Origin: Tubiluchus corallicola
Lineage: Eukaryota; Animalia; Priapulida
NCBI GenBank assembly: GCA_030141605.1
Contig: JAQGDQ010000131.1
Coordinates: forward strand, 372,001 to 436,000
Direction of reading: 5' to 3'
Length of the DNA: 64,000 nucleotides
In this document: positions 50,601 to 62,559 of the stretch, piece by piece
Numbering within the stretch: position 1 is the first letter of the stretch
How the letters are laid out: each line of letters begins with the position of its first letter
Notes under the pieces: model-generated
Told to the model about the DNA's origin: nothing
The model's database searches: none
What the model saw: the letters and a program-made list of their open reading frames with translations, nothing else
Position numbers and translations under genes: made by a program

Positions 50601-53600
50601 ACAATCATTTGGGTCAGTTGTGATGCTGCCCTCATCACACTGAAATAAGTCTTACACAGGTACAGGATGTCAGGAAATGATATAACCCTGCTATACTTAA
50701 AAGTTATCACAAATAAAAACCAAAAAACACATAAATAAGTCTTTATTATAAACAATAATAATACAGTCCCTCTGTTTACAGGGAAAAATTCTACAATTAT
50801 ATGCTTTTACGTATTTAAAATTGAGACTACAAAGTTAATGCAAAGATCTAAGCAAAATAATGAAAATAAGAAAACAAAACATAATAAAAAAATCAACTAA
50901 ATTTACAATATGATTGGTTGATTAATAAGAAATAATACTGAACAAATTACATACAGATAGTGGTTTATGTCAAACTTCATGAAAACAGCTATAATTAAAT
51001 AATGAAAACTGCATTACCAATCTAATTTATAACGTCTTTAGTAATCAAATCATTAACAACAATTACAAGCGCACAACAAGCATTTTTGACTAGATAACAG
51101 TATATATCTTTTAAATCAAAACTTGGCATAGCTATTCTCATTTGTTGTTGCAGGCCTGTTCATACTATGGGGCAATGGAAAATTAAACGTGTTACCATTT
51201 GTCTATCTATCACAAATAAGAAAATGCATTTTTTAATATTTATATATTATAATATTTATAATATTAATCATTATATAGCACTTCTTGTTTAATGCACTTT
51301 TTAAAATTCTTCCCACTGTGTCATAAAAATCAGAAATAAAAATCATTAAAAATCATGAAGCAAAAATCAACGAAGCTCATCAAGAAATGAGTGATCTCAC
51401 CAATTTCAATGAGAAATCAATGTAAATTGTGCCCTTGTCCATCTATGGCTGTTAGACATGTGAATAATGGCAGCACTAGAGAGTATGGTAAGCATTTTTT
51501 ACTCAAAATGAAATGCTCTTTCTCAAGGTTTGATAGGTTTTTATCTATTCTTTTTAGTTTCTTCTGTGAATTGTGACTGTGGGGCAATCATACTCTGACA
51601 CCCTTGTAGGCGAACAGGTGGAAAGTTGCACGTGGCTAAAAAGGCAAACAGGGTTAAGCATATACAAGGCAAAATGTCTTTAAAATTGCAACATACTCAC
51701 CACAAAAAGGATTATCATTTATGAAATTAAACAGTTTTTTGGTTCCCATCACAAAGCTAACCGTAATCTGACCAGCAGCTACAGCTTTTTTTGCATTGGT
51801 GATACAACCTCGGTCGACTAAGTCTACTATCTCATCGCTAAACATTTCACTGTGAATACCCAGATCTTTGTGACCTGTGAGTTCTTTACCAACAGCTTGT
51901 GGTACAGCACCTATACCTACACAGTGCGAAAATAAATACACATAAATGTGTTTGGAATAAAATTAAGTGGATCTGACTTTACAGCAAACAATCTGTGTTG
52001 TGCTTCATAGGCGGATCAAAGCAGTTGGAGTGAGGGGAATAGTTTAGTAATGACCCTGGTTAGAAAAAGGAAGGTGACCACTGGAAAAGTGATTGACACA
52101 GGTCTAGCATTAGGTCCTGCTATTTATTCTGAATTTCTTTAAAACTGTCTGGAAAGGGAAGCATTGCATTACTTACTTGGCCATAATGGATGTAAATGTT
52201 TTAATCGTTGCCAAAACTTAATAGAAAGACCACTGAAACACTACTCCACAAACTTTCGAGAAACACATGTACAAACTTATGCATGCACGAATCCACGCAA
52301 GCCCAAACTCATGCACATGAGCGAACTACTTGCACGTCAAAGCAACTTTGTGTGAAATTATGAACGAATCCCATGAACAGAATTTTGGCTTCTTGCTTGT
52401 TTTTATTTGATTAAATTAAGTTTCTGGCTACTGCTTGGATAATTTTATCAGGATTCTTACTGGCTTCAAAACATGAAGTGCTACCATGACAAAGCATCCT
52501 TATGCTAAATTTCAGCTTCCTAGCTGCTCTACAAGTTGATCTACAATTCTTTACCAAATAATTAGAACACAACATTGTTACCATTGTGGACCCGGTGCTG
52601 TTCAAAAAATGTTCCCATTAAAACAATACTTAAGCATCAAAAGCCACACTGCAGGAAAAGGGACAACATTGTGATGAAATGGATCTTTTTATAAATTAAT
52701 TGTGGGTAATTAAAAATTGTAAAATTCTAAAAATTTTCTAGCGGAAATACCTAGCTGCAGTGTTGCACCATCTGGAATGAGTTCCTCAGCAATAAGGCTT
52801 GCAATTTGCTTCTGAGCAGGAGTAACTCCAGGTGAAGATCGTTCTGGCAAATCCATGTCTGTCTGTACTAAATAGTCAATGTGCGAGATGTGGATTACAG
52901 CATCACCAAATGTGCGAGGCAGTTTAGGGTTAACCAGCGCTACAAATATAAGTGGACACAAAGAGACATTAATTTAACTGAAGCAAATAGAAAAATGCAA
53001 TCTGATGCCAGTAAGATGACTGACTCAATTTTTAAAGATACTAGTTACATACAACAAATTTTAATATAGTTAACAATAAACAAAAACTCAGCTGAGGTTG
53101 CACACTATATTTTCCATGAAAAATAGTACTGTCATTAAAAAGCTAACCAAGCAATTTGTTACCAATTAATCATTTTTATTACCGATGATCGCTCTTGCAT
53201 AGACTATGGCAGTTCTTGTACATTCGACTGCTGGACCCAGTGTACAGAATCCGTGCTCGTCTGGTGATGATACCTATGTAACAATCAAGATATAATCACT
53301 GGGCTTTCAGACATGCAGAAAGATGAGCTTCACTAAAGAATTAACACACTAAATAACGTTACGAGGTTGGATTCTTCGACGTAAAATACCACTGTTCACC
53401 ATGATAAGCAAACAGTACAAAATTTACTGAGAACTCATCATGTTGGAACCCAGTTTTGGTCCAGATGGAACTCAACAGGATCTAAAATAATTAAACACCA
53501 GAGTTAGAACAATACCAGCAGTGACTTACAATTAGCTTGGCTAACAAAGACTCCAGTTAACAGACACTGCCGGTAATTTTTTTCACTCTAGTGTATATAA

Positions 53601-56170
53601 TGACGGTCTGTCTGGACCAAAACTAGTCAGCAGCATGATGAATTTCAAAACAATAAATATGTACTCCAAATTTTAATGGTGCATAACTTACTACAGTGTA
53701 CCTTTTATTACATTTTTTTCACCAGTGTGTACCATATTCTTCCTAAGCTTTTATATCAAGTTATATTTGCATTAGGTCATTGCTCCTATATTAGACACTT
53801 ACCTGTATAAATGCCACATCCAAAGTGACAAGATTTCTTTCAAACAAGAGATGAATGTCAGACAGAAATATGGGGATAAAGTCTGCCCTGCCTTCACTTA
53901 CAGCAAAACGTGTGCTCTTGTCCAGAAAAAGAGCATTAATTCTAAACATATCTACAATAACAACAAAGCATTTAGTTAAGTAGTAGATGAAAATACTGAA
54001 GCATAAAAAATGAAAAGAACTGCACATTTGGCAGAACAGTCTGAAGATTTACATCTGTAAGTGCAGCAACAGTTTCATTAATGCACACTACAGAATGATA
54101 AAGATGAATAATTTAATGTTTTTTGTCAGACGTGTTATCTCAATTCTTGCTGATAACTCGTTTTTCTGTGTTAAAGTAAACGAAAACTTACATGCTATGT
54201 TTACATGTAAACGAAAACTTACATTCAAATAATTTTTACGTAATAAAATGCAGTATAATCATGCTGGTACAGTGTCCAATATTTGGTATCTGACTATCCA
54301 TATAAGTATAATCAACATTGTAAAAAAGATTATTACACCTTTGTACTCAGGTTTCACAAGCTCATATTCTCCCTCTGTCAAAATGTGCAGAACTTCTACA
54401 TTTCTCAATCCAGCATGTCGTCCATGTTTAGCAAGTGCATTTAGCAGAGGTGTGGGTGTACAAGTTGCACCATGCACCCATATTTTGTCATCTAGAACAA
54501 GAGAAGCTTTCACTTGTGGCATTTAAATGATTGTACAAACATGATTTAATAGAAAACAGTTTTTTTAAAATAATGAAAGTGTAATAGCACTTCCATTTAT
54601 TGTATATAACAAGCCGAACTCATAACATATTGACAATATATGGCACTATTTTACGTGGAGTTTTGTACTTTCGTAATAACTTGTGTAGATATTCTTGATC
54701 GCATTGGAATTGCACTTATGTTGCAATACAAAACAGGCCACATTTAATTTAATGGTAAAGAAAAAAATGGTGTAATTCAATCAAGTGACAAGAGAATATT
54801 TCTTATGGAAGTTTTGAATGTTAAAATAATGCTAACCATACGGATTGCTTGTATAATACGAATTAAGTTGCACTATAGCCTATAAACATTAACATCTATT
54901 GGATATAGATATTTGAGCACTGACAAAATGTGAATGCTATCTATGAAGTGACAGGAAAGCGGTTTCACAAACAGCTAATTTTGTTATTAAGCAATTATTC
55001 ATTCGTATTTCAAAATCAGCTGCAATTTTGTGACAAATATGTAATGTGACTTGTATATAGTTAAAGACCCAACAAGCACCCGTTCTACTTCTCCAACAAG
55101 CACCCGTTCTACTTCTCCAATAAATAACTCTATGTACCTAGTTTTGACTTCAGAAATCAGTTTTAGACTTTAGTTTTGTCTAATACTAGCTTTTAATTCA
55201 TTGTGCATGATAAAGAAAGAAAAGCCAAGTGTAATGCTTCATGTAGGTTAATCAGAAGCTCTTAACAACTAGCTTCATCCAACCATGAAAACATTACATC
55301 ATATTTCTCTTAATATATTTTGGAGCAATCTAAAGGCAAGTCTTCCCAAGCAAAAATAAAAGCTTGTTATGTCATATTTCTCTTATTATATTATAGAGCA
55401 ATCCAAAGCCAAGTCTTCCCAAGCAAAAATAAAAGTTCGTTAGAAATCATACAACAATAATATGGAAATGAAATCACTAAAGATTACGAAGCATTTGCCA
55501 GATTTTGACAGAACTTTGTTCAGAACTTGACAAAGCAGTCAATAGCTACTCACTTGCTTTTGTCCTGCATCAACATAATGCTTTTGTCAAAGCTTTTTTG
55601 GCACCATCTTACTTCAGTTTGTGAAGTCTCAAGACTGATAACTACAATAGCAATACTGATAACACTGAAGTTCCAGCTGACAGCAAACGTACTGACTTCA
55701 AATTTTTTTAATCTTCATTACAATCCTGCTGATTGCGTAGTTTTACATAGTACATGTTATTGCGTATGTTCCTGCGCCAGTAGTTGTTAACGATATCAGT
55801 ACTGATGATATCAGCATGTCATCATTTACTCTAGTGTAATGAACCTTATTAAACCACACATTTGGATATAACAGGTAAATGTACAACCGAATGACTAATA
55901 TACTTGGTCTAGCATCTACGTTGAAGATTCTCACATGAGCACTAGACGAACAGGCAACTAGTACTCACTAAACCTACTGGATAAATAATTATAATGCTTA
56001 CGTGATTTGATAATTTCGACTGCCTGGTCTGCTGTCTTCATCTCTGGCGAGGTGCCAGGCCGGGGGTGGAATGGTTCCAGAGTGTAGAAACTGTTGCGAC
56101 ATAATTTGTTTTGAAAGTTTCTGTTTTTTAGAAGATTTTTAAATACCCCAGTGAACCAACCCCCTGCCAT
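47655..56170 (-). CDS. Acetyl-CoA hydrolase/transferase, CoA-transferase family I (ASCT / 4-hydroxybutyrate CoA-transferase-like), probably mitochondrial; 9 exons, 473 aa
   Basis: Hand-spliced exons (minus): 56170-56002, 54491-54339, 53951-53803, 53273-53183, 52939-52751, 51916-51701, 50536-50399, 50238-50110, 47842-47655. All introns are GT-AG and phase-consistent; 1422 nt ending in TAG. Family motifs: GRADFIPIFLS, SSPDEHGFCTLG, NPKLPRTFGD, DGATLQLGIGAVP, DLGIHSEMFSD (catalytic Glu), EVDLTGQICADS, SGVGGQVDFMRGA, GAGVVTTRAHVHYVVTEYG. The basic, acid-free N-terminus (MAGGWFTGVFKNLLKNRNFQNKLCRN) resembles a mitochondrial presequence. Confidence 0.93.
48237..50084 (-). mobile_element. Tigger/pogo-family DNA transposon (defective) in ASCT intron 8
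   Basis: Terminal inverted repeats (TIRs) tagtaaatcctcgcttaacgac (48237-48258, preceded by TA) and gtcgttaagtgaggacttactg (50063-50084). A CENP-B/psq-type HTH remnant KQKRKTITLETKLDILNCFDAGEKAVDITKALNIPPPTVKTI lies in ORF 49398-49742. Confidence 0.85.
48690..49300 (+). mobile_element. Nested non-LTR retrotransposon fragment (R1/LOA/I-like RNase H end and C-terminal CCHC)
   Basis: ORF 49102: LGRGTKSFMSHLRLMETDHCPCDGGAQMSVHLIFECQ matches the C-x-C...H-x3-C knuckle at LINE ORF2 ends. A degenerate RNase H-like GFHLEVMYSDTVSKLTLK lies upstream. The fragment is between the Tigger TIRs. Confidence 0.6.
53414..53665. mobile_element. Fold-back/MITE with ~50-bp inverted repeats in ASCT intron 3
   Basis: catcatgttggaacccagttttggtccaga (53436-53465) pairs with tctggaccaaaactagtcagcagcatgatg (53611-53640), and pairing extends imperfectly outward. 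Confidence 0.6.
55299..55440. repeat. Local ~73-bp tandem duplication (ASCT intron 1); a 24-bp duplication lies nearby at 55069-55120
   Basis: catatttctctt...gagcaatc(t/c)aaag(g/c)caagtcttcccaagcaaaaataaaag twice; ccaacaagcacccgttctacttct twice. Confidence 0.85.
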
Positions 56171-56299
56171 TGCCACAAGCTACTGCAGCTTGCTCTAGGC
56201 AACCATTTCATCATTGACGATGTATCCGTGTTACATCACAAAGAAAAACTTAGATACTAACCTATGAATGAAGTAAAACTAAGAAGCAACAAAAACTTA

Positions 56300-58270
56300 A
56301 AAGTCTAGGAAGGGGCCATCACTTTTGAAGTTGGCTACAGAAAACAACAAGTAATACAGACGAATAACAGGTCTCAAATTTAAAAGAATTCATATCACAA
56401 AACATTATGAACATCAAATGACTCTTTGAGAGCAAACTGCACTTCTAGATCTATTCATATGACAAATATTTCAGCCAATCTCATAGAAGAAAGAGACAGT
56501 TCTAACGATAAAACATCATCTAGATATAACCCGTATGTGAAAGAGAAATAGGGAATGCTAAAAGATACGAACAGGACAACCAATACTTTAACATGATGTA
56601 GCTAAACGTTACTTGTCACACAAAATCGTAACAGATATTAATCCTGAGCCACACTCTTGTACTCTCAAATGCTCAAGGACGATACCAATGGAAAAGGCAT
56701 CTAACTGTTAACTAGAGTCGATGTTAAGCCAAATGTTGACCCATGACATAGCCACCAAAGGTCACTGAATCACCTTTAAGAAACAATTAGCTACTTTAAT
56801 CAACCACTGCATCACTATCTCATGCTTAGTAGAAACAAATGTCATGATGTCTCAGATAAAGCTGTGCATCTCTTTTGCAACGAATGTTCTTGTCAGAAAG
56901 ACTGATAAATTTAAAGTGCAAGAATGTAAAACTGATACAAGCTAGAGATTTATGTTTGATAAGAAAACTCGGCACATGTCAAGAAAGACGAAACTACAAA
57001 CGTGAGATGCTGACACTTTACCAGCGACACTTAAACTTGAAGTAAATGCCAAAGTCATCTCCGTAGAGATAAAGAACCTAGACGTGAACTTGATAATGAA
57101 TCAGTATGAACTGTGAGTTACATCAAATTTGATAACGACAGAATAGAAAGAGAAAAGAAGCTGAGTGGAACACACTGTAGAGATGTAGCAATAAAAATAG
57201 CTGAAGAAGAGTTGAAATTACAGGTCAAACGAAGGCTGCTTCCTTTGAGGCTTTGTGTTATGCCTGTACTAACACAAAGTTCAAGATTTAAACTTTGGAA
57301 CAAGTCGCGTATGATATGACTAAGACATTTTCACCGGGGCAAGCTTACCTAGCTCCAAGCCATATTACAAAGCTAAGCAGACCCTTTCTTGAAGAATTTT
57401 AACTAGAAACCTATTTACAAAAATGAATGAATACATGAAAACATGAAAGCTATGAAGACGCTAGACAAAAATTGGGTATGGTCAATAAAATATAGTTGTA
57501 CTAATGTTCTCACTATTGCTCATCAAAATATTTTCTGAAAGTTAGCTGATGTAAAAGAAAATATGAGCACTGAGTGGCAAGATATTATTCTTTTTACTGA
57601 AAACTCATCTGAGTGATGCCATAGGTAATCAGACAGCTGAAGTGCCAAAGTATAAATTTTCCAAAAGAGCCAGAATTGAAGGTCAAGATGGAGACTGTAC
57701 AATTTATGCCAAAGTAAATCTGAATGTGAGACAACTAGATGATTGACCCAACTTGGAATACATCTCTATTCATGTAGATAAGAATCAAGTCATTCTCCAA
57801 GACATATAATGATAGCGGACAGATCTTTGAGAGAAAAATGTCTACTACCAACAAGATTCCTGACAGTTTCATCACACATACACAACAAAACTACAATAAA
57901 GGGTCAGGTAAGGTGTTACAAACTTTTGTCACAGAAAGCAGTTACATTGGCTGTACTATGTTGTACAGGTCTGCAGAACAACTCATTATACATGGCAAAT
58001 TTCATCCAGCTCCAGAGAGAAGTTCTCATGGTAAACAGTGTGTCACTAACAGTTTAACCTTCTTAGCATGTTGTAACATAACAAAATGTTTGTACTCGGA
58101 CGAAGCAGTTCTTACATTTCATTTTAATTGTAGGTGATTATCTATACAATTTTGTCAAGCATAAGCAGAACACTGTTGAAGATTTTTTGCAGATAGATGA
58201 ACTACCTTCATGCATTCAGCTAGAGAACGACAATAATTTTACATTCACAAAAGGAACTTGTTATGCTGGT
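56300..58270 (+). mobile_element. Degenerate Helentron-type Helitron: PIF1-like helicase followed by apurinic (APE) endonuclease, pseudogenised
   Basis: Frameshifted motifs in PIF1 order: DTLPATLKLEVNAKV..KNLDV (~57012-57087), YIKFDN, VKRRLLPLRL/YACT/HKVQDL/TLEQVAYDMTKTFSPGQAYLAPSHITKL (57224-57375; motifs V-VI). APE motifs follow: LTIAHQNI (57509-57532), DIILFTE/THLSD..VPKYKFSKRAR...DCTIYAK (57581-57713), LIIHGKFH (~57982), TFTKGT (~58241). Confidence 0.8.
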
Positions 58271-58981
58271 AATATGGAAACTGTACATATGGAATCTCTG
58301 AGCCATATTATTCATTGGAAAATGCATTTCAGAAAAAATTTTTATAGAACAAGCCGATACTGTTTTATGATTTTTAACAATTCAGCAATAGGGATTTGTA
58401 AAATGAACAGCAATTATTGAGTTTGACTCTCACAGTTCAGACCGCGCAGGTATGTGTAGTGAGTCTGGCTGCTGCATTCTTCTTTCTTTTACTTTGAGGC
58501 ATTTGCTCTGTAGTCATTTGTGCAGTCTGTGTAGGTCACAAAGTTCTTCACCATTGCACTTAATACAATTTCATTCACAGAAAACTGATGTCAGACTCAG
58601 AAAACCTTCTAACATAAATAGGAAGAATGCCATAAAAATGATCACATCATATCGCAGTTTAAGCATTATGCAGGATCAGCACCACTGATGGACTAATGGA
58701 TAACGTTACTAGCATTCATGAAGCTCTTGGTCTTTTTATAATCCTGTTTTTTTCAGATATGACTCATGAAGCAAGGGCAACTGTGGGAGAAAAAACTTCC
58801 ATTCCCAGATCTATGAGTGCCACTGCCTCGTGATGTGCTGCAAGGCGAATAATGAGAGGATGCAAAATGAAGGCTGAATCTATAATGAGTTTGTTTTTTT
58901 TGGTTACATTAGTTAACCATAGTATACATCATAACAAGGTAGTTACGTGTTTTTGTATTAGCTAGTTTGAATGTACATAAC

Positions 58982-59250
58982 TGTGTGTTTTATATCTGAT
59001 TTTTGTACATTTTAACTCGTTTTTAATGATTATTTGTAATCTTTAGTGCGGGCCAGCAGGCAGCTAGCTGTTTGGGAATTAAGTTTCCTGATGCTGACCA
59101 TGGCACACCAGTGAAGCCCTACTGTTGTATATACACTTTTTTATGTTTTTTGTGTGCTATTTTGCTGTCTTGTACTATTGTGCTTAAATAAATAATGTAA
59201 TATAATGCAATGTAATGCAACACAATGCAACAAAATAACGACATAACAAA
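58982..59250 (+). repeat. Dispersed repeat copy 2, followed by AATAAA and an (AATGY)n-like tail
   Basis: Aligns with 16169-16305; tail aataaataatgtaatataatgcaatgtaatgcaac. Confidence 0.7.
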
Positions 59251-60234
59251 AATAAATCTACCTATTTATTGGCATTTAAGGTGCACTTTCAAAATCAGCA
59301 ACAACGCTCTTAGCCAAAACAGAAAAACATATTACATGTACATATAAAGCGAGGATTAATCAGCACAAACTTTTAAGGAATGTAGCAGAAATAAAAAAAT
59401 ACTATATTATTGCATAAACAAAAATTAATATTATTGCACATTGTTGACATTTTAAGAAATAACATTTGTTAGACTTGGCTTAAGATATAATAATTATATA
59501 TGATGCTTTATTTTCAGTTGACCAATGAAAAAAGTGGAGGAGCTTACACTAAAATTATGGGACAAATAAGCCCGAAGTATAAAAACAGAGAAAAGTGCAG
59601 CAAGGACAAACAATAAATATGCGCCAAAATTGAAACTGCACAACCTGATGGCATTCACAAACATTGTTGATTTGTGAAGAACTCCTAGCAGCAAATTTTC
59701 GTATGACTTTCATTCTCAGAAGCTATATCACTATATTCTTAAAATTGTAACGATAAATGTAACAATGACGATGAGAACACAGATGACAAAACTGACGAAG
59801 GTGACAAAATTTATTACAGCATTTTGTTATTGTTTGGTGTTACTTTTTCCAGTCAATCTTTTTAAATGAACAAAGCACAGTCATTGAGAGGCTGATGGTC
59901 CTCACCATGAGACAATTTAAAATTTAGAAGAAACTATGCTTTAATTCAACTTATAAAGTCTTTCTAACTTTTGTAATGTATTTATATGAATGGAAGCACC
60001 ACTGAAGTCCCAATATTTTGACACGAGGGCAATGCCTGCATTTTCACTGTAAATGTGCTTTTTTTTAGTCATCGGTGGTCTTGGAGAGCCCCAAGGAAAG
60101 TATTAAAACAAAAAATATTTTCCTAAACACTAAATAAAGCATTATAATATTGGCAATTTATGTTAAATAAAATTTTCAAATATTTTTTACTATGTAACGT
60201 TTAATGTGGCTTAATGTGGATGGATCAAGCAAAC

Positions 60235-60605
60235 TTTAATATCTTTTATTGAAAAAGATCTGGATAGTCCAGGAATGGTAGTAGAGTCATTGATACATTA
60301 CCCACCATCAAGGAAAGGAAATCAAACATTCACAACATTGGGGCTGTGATGGTTTGAAGGGCTTTTTAAGTGACGCACAAGTCAAGGCATTTCAAAGGTT
60401 GAGGACGTAATTTCTGAATTTTGAAGTTCTTGAAACATAGTAAGAAAAGGTTTTTCACTTGTATTATTTAGTACTCATTGGCGATAATGCCCATCCCATC
60501 GCAAGCACATAAAATGCTGGGACACTTCAGAGGTAAACCATAATACACTAGTATCAAGAGGACATTGGTCTCCAATGCTGAATCCGACGGAAAACAAATG
60601 GTGCA
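60235..60605 (+). mobile_element. Tc1/mariner (Tc3-like) transposase remnant
   Basis: EKDLDSPG (~DEKKFNLDGPDG), GAVMV*RAF (60340; ~GTVMVWGAF), DNAHPI (60483) and SPMLNPTENKW (60569-60601; ~SPDLNPIENLW), with stops and frameshifts. Confidence 0.75.
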
Positions 60606-60858
60606 AGATTACAGCTATTGAAAAATCCATTATTTGTCTTTTAAAATAGGTTGTATAAAAATGAAATCCATTGTCTAATGAAATGCAGTTTATAAAAATT
60701 AAATAAATAATAGTTTATCTTTTGTAATGCATTGTAGAAAAATGATATTCACCGACCAATGTACTGAAATAAACTGCATAAAAATGAAATTCAATGTCAG
60801 TATTACAAAATAAATCAAATTTATTCAAGCAATAACATTGCCTACATATTGTCTACAT

Positions 60859-61009
60859 GTGGTTGACTTAGTTCTTCGCCACCCTTTCACCAATCAGTTG
60901 AATATCATATCTCAGATACATTAATCATTAAAATAATTTTGTCACACTGTGCCATATCACAGTGTTTCACGCACTGTGTGTTTCTTGTAAAAAGGTGATA
61001 AATAAAGAC

Positions 61010-61043
<34 letters not shown>
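60859..61043 (+). mobile_element. Second copy of the same 3'-end element, with (TACT)n tail
   Basis: acttagttcttcgccaccctttcacc (60866-60891) is near-identical to 44620-44646; ggtgataaataaagac is followed by about 8 TACT units. Confidence 0.55.
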
Positions 61044-61044
<1 letters not shown>

Positions 61045-62109
61045 GTCTCGAACTTGAAGCAACACGTCTTCTGTGAATGAAAACAGTCAGGAAGAGTACT
61101 CGCATTAATAAACCAAAATTGAAAACAAAATGTTTGAGTGTGAGTAGGAATGATAGGCTCAACACAAAGCAAAACATCAAATGAGTGATGCTAGCAAGCG
61201 CATAGAAACTGAAAAGAACAGTACAGTTGAAATAGCACAGCCAACCGTAATTGACTGTATCATGTACATAAGCAGCGACAGAAACACCAAGCAGAGAAGA
61301 GAATCAGGGCGACTCATATTAATTTGCAAAACAACACCATTAATTCACGCTGCATTTATACTTTGAAATGGATCACTACAGCAGTGAAAAATCAACACTA
61401 GAAGAAATATCCAAGACAGACTAATAAGGAGATTTAATTCTGTTTGGCTTGTCTTAAATGTTAGATATTATGTTAAATTTGCCGAATCTGAAAGTGATAC
61501 AATTACGGCTACAATAACGCATTTTTGTATAGGCAACATATTTGATAGAGGAAGTGGCAGAATCAGAATTTGGCTAGCATAAGACTTTCCAAGTGAATTA
61601 GTTATTCAATTTTAATAACATAAATCACCCAGTGTCTAACTTAGCCAAACAGATGTAATAAAGTCAAATGATAGGGCATAGCATCGGGCAAAGTACGAGT
61701 AGTGCTTGTGCCTGTTTGGTCTACTGTGCATTCTTAATTCACAAAAAATAAATAAGGAGAAATCAGTAGCTCAGAAAAGAACTTTTCTAAGTGCAATAAT
61801 ACGAGTAAGTACAGGAATTGCAATTTCATTATTAGATTTGCCAGTTCATGTATTATCAGCACCTGTTAGTACTGCTGCATGAGCATGAGTAGTTAAGACT
61901 TGGCAGACCTTTACATATGTAAATTACTGAGTTGTCTAAATATATGAGAACTAAATGATGATGATAAACCTCTATTTAGGAAAACCAATCTAATATACAA
62001 AATAAAAAGGTGTTATACAACAAAAGCTGGCAAAAAGGACAAGTCACCAAAAATTGGGGGTCACATTGTCAATCTACAAGTGGACAGATGACTAGCACTT
62101 CAATAGAGG

Positions 62110-62330
62110 AAGATCATGGCAATAAACGGACATCCATTGTCTTCCATCATGGTTGTTATTTAAGACACTGAACATGTTGCGGCTTTGTGTACTTGGGTAA
62201 CAAGAGAGCTAGTGATGACAATGCAGATGCTGATTTTTGTGTAAGACTAGTCAGAGCAACAGCAATCTACCAAAAACTAGGGCTTATCTTGTCAAAGGCA
62301 AGCATCACGAGACAAGAGTGAAACTCGAGC
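62110..62330 (+). mobile_element. RTE-clade LINE reverse-transcriptase C-terminal fragment
   Basis: From 62184: FVYLGNKRASDDNADADFCVRLVRATAIYQKLGLILSKASITRQ, resembling the RTE F.YLGS...DG....DI..RI.KA...F..L..IW pattern. Confidence 0.65.
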
Positions 62331-62559
62331 AATGCTGCTAGGCTAAAAATGGGTTTGCCAGGCCCAGTGCAACCCATGCAATGACATAATGACATCAGAT
62401 GGCACTACAATGTTATGTGAAAAAATAAAAAGTGAATTAGTTCTTATGGCAGACACTCACTATACCATTTGGTGTTTATCTAAAAATTGAGCAGTACATT
62501 ATATGGCATCATAATAAATTTATTTTTGTCTCCTGTTGAAACTTCATCACAAAGGATTA

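Noticed and set aside
57113-57319. RTE-type RT fragment (CVMPVLT)
   Set aside because: Neighbouring frames give PIF1 motifs V-VI in the correct order, which fits a Helentron helicase much better.
57778-58268. Compact multi-exon + strand gene built from GT-AG signals
   Set aside because: An open spliced frame can be assembled, but the unspliced sequence follows APE endonuclease motifs across the supposed introns, so a decayed TE is the simpler explanation.
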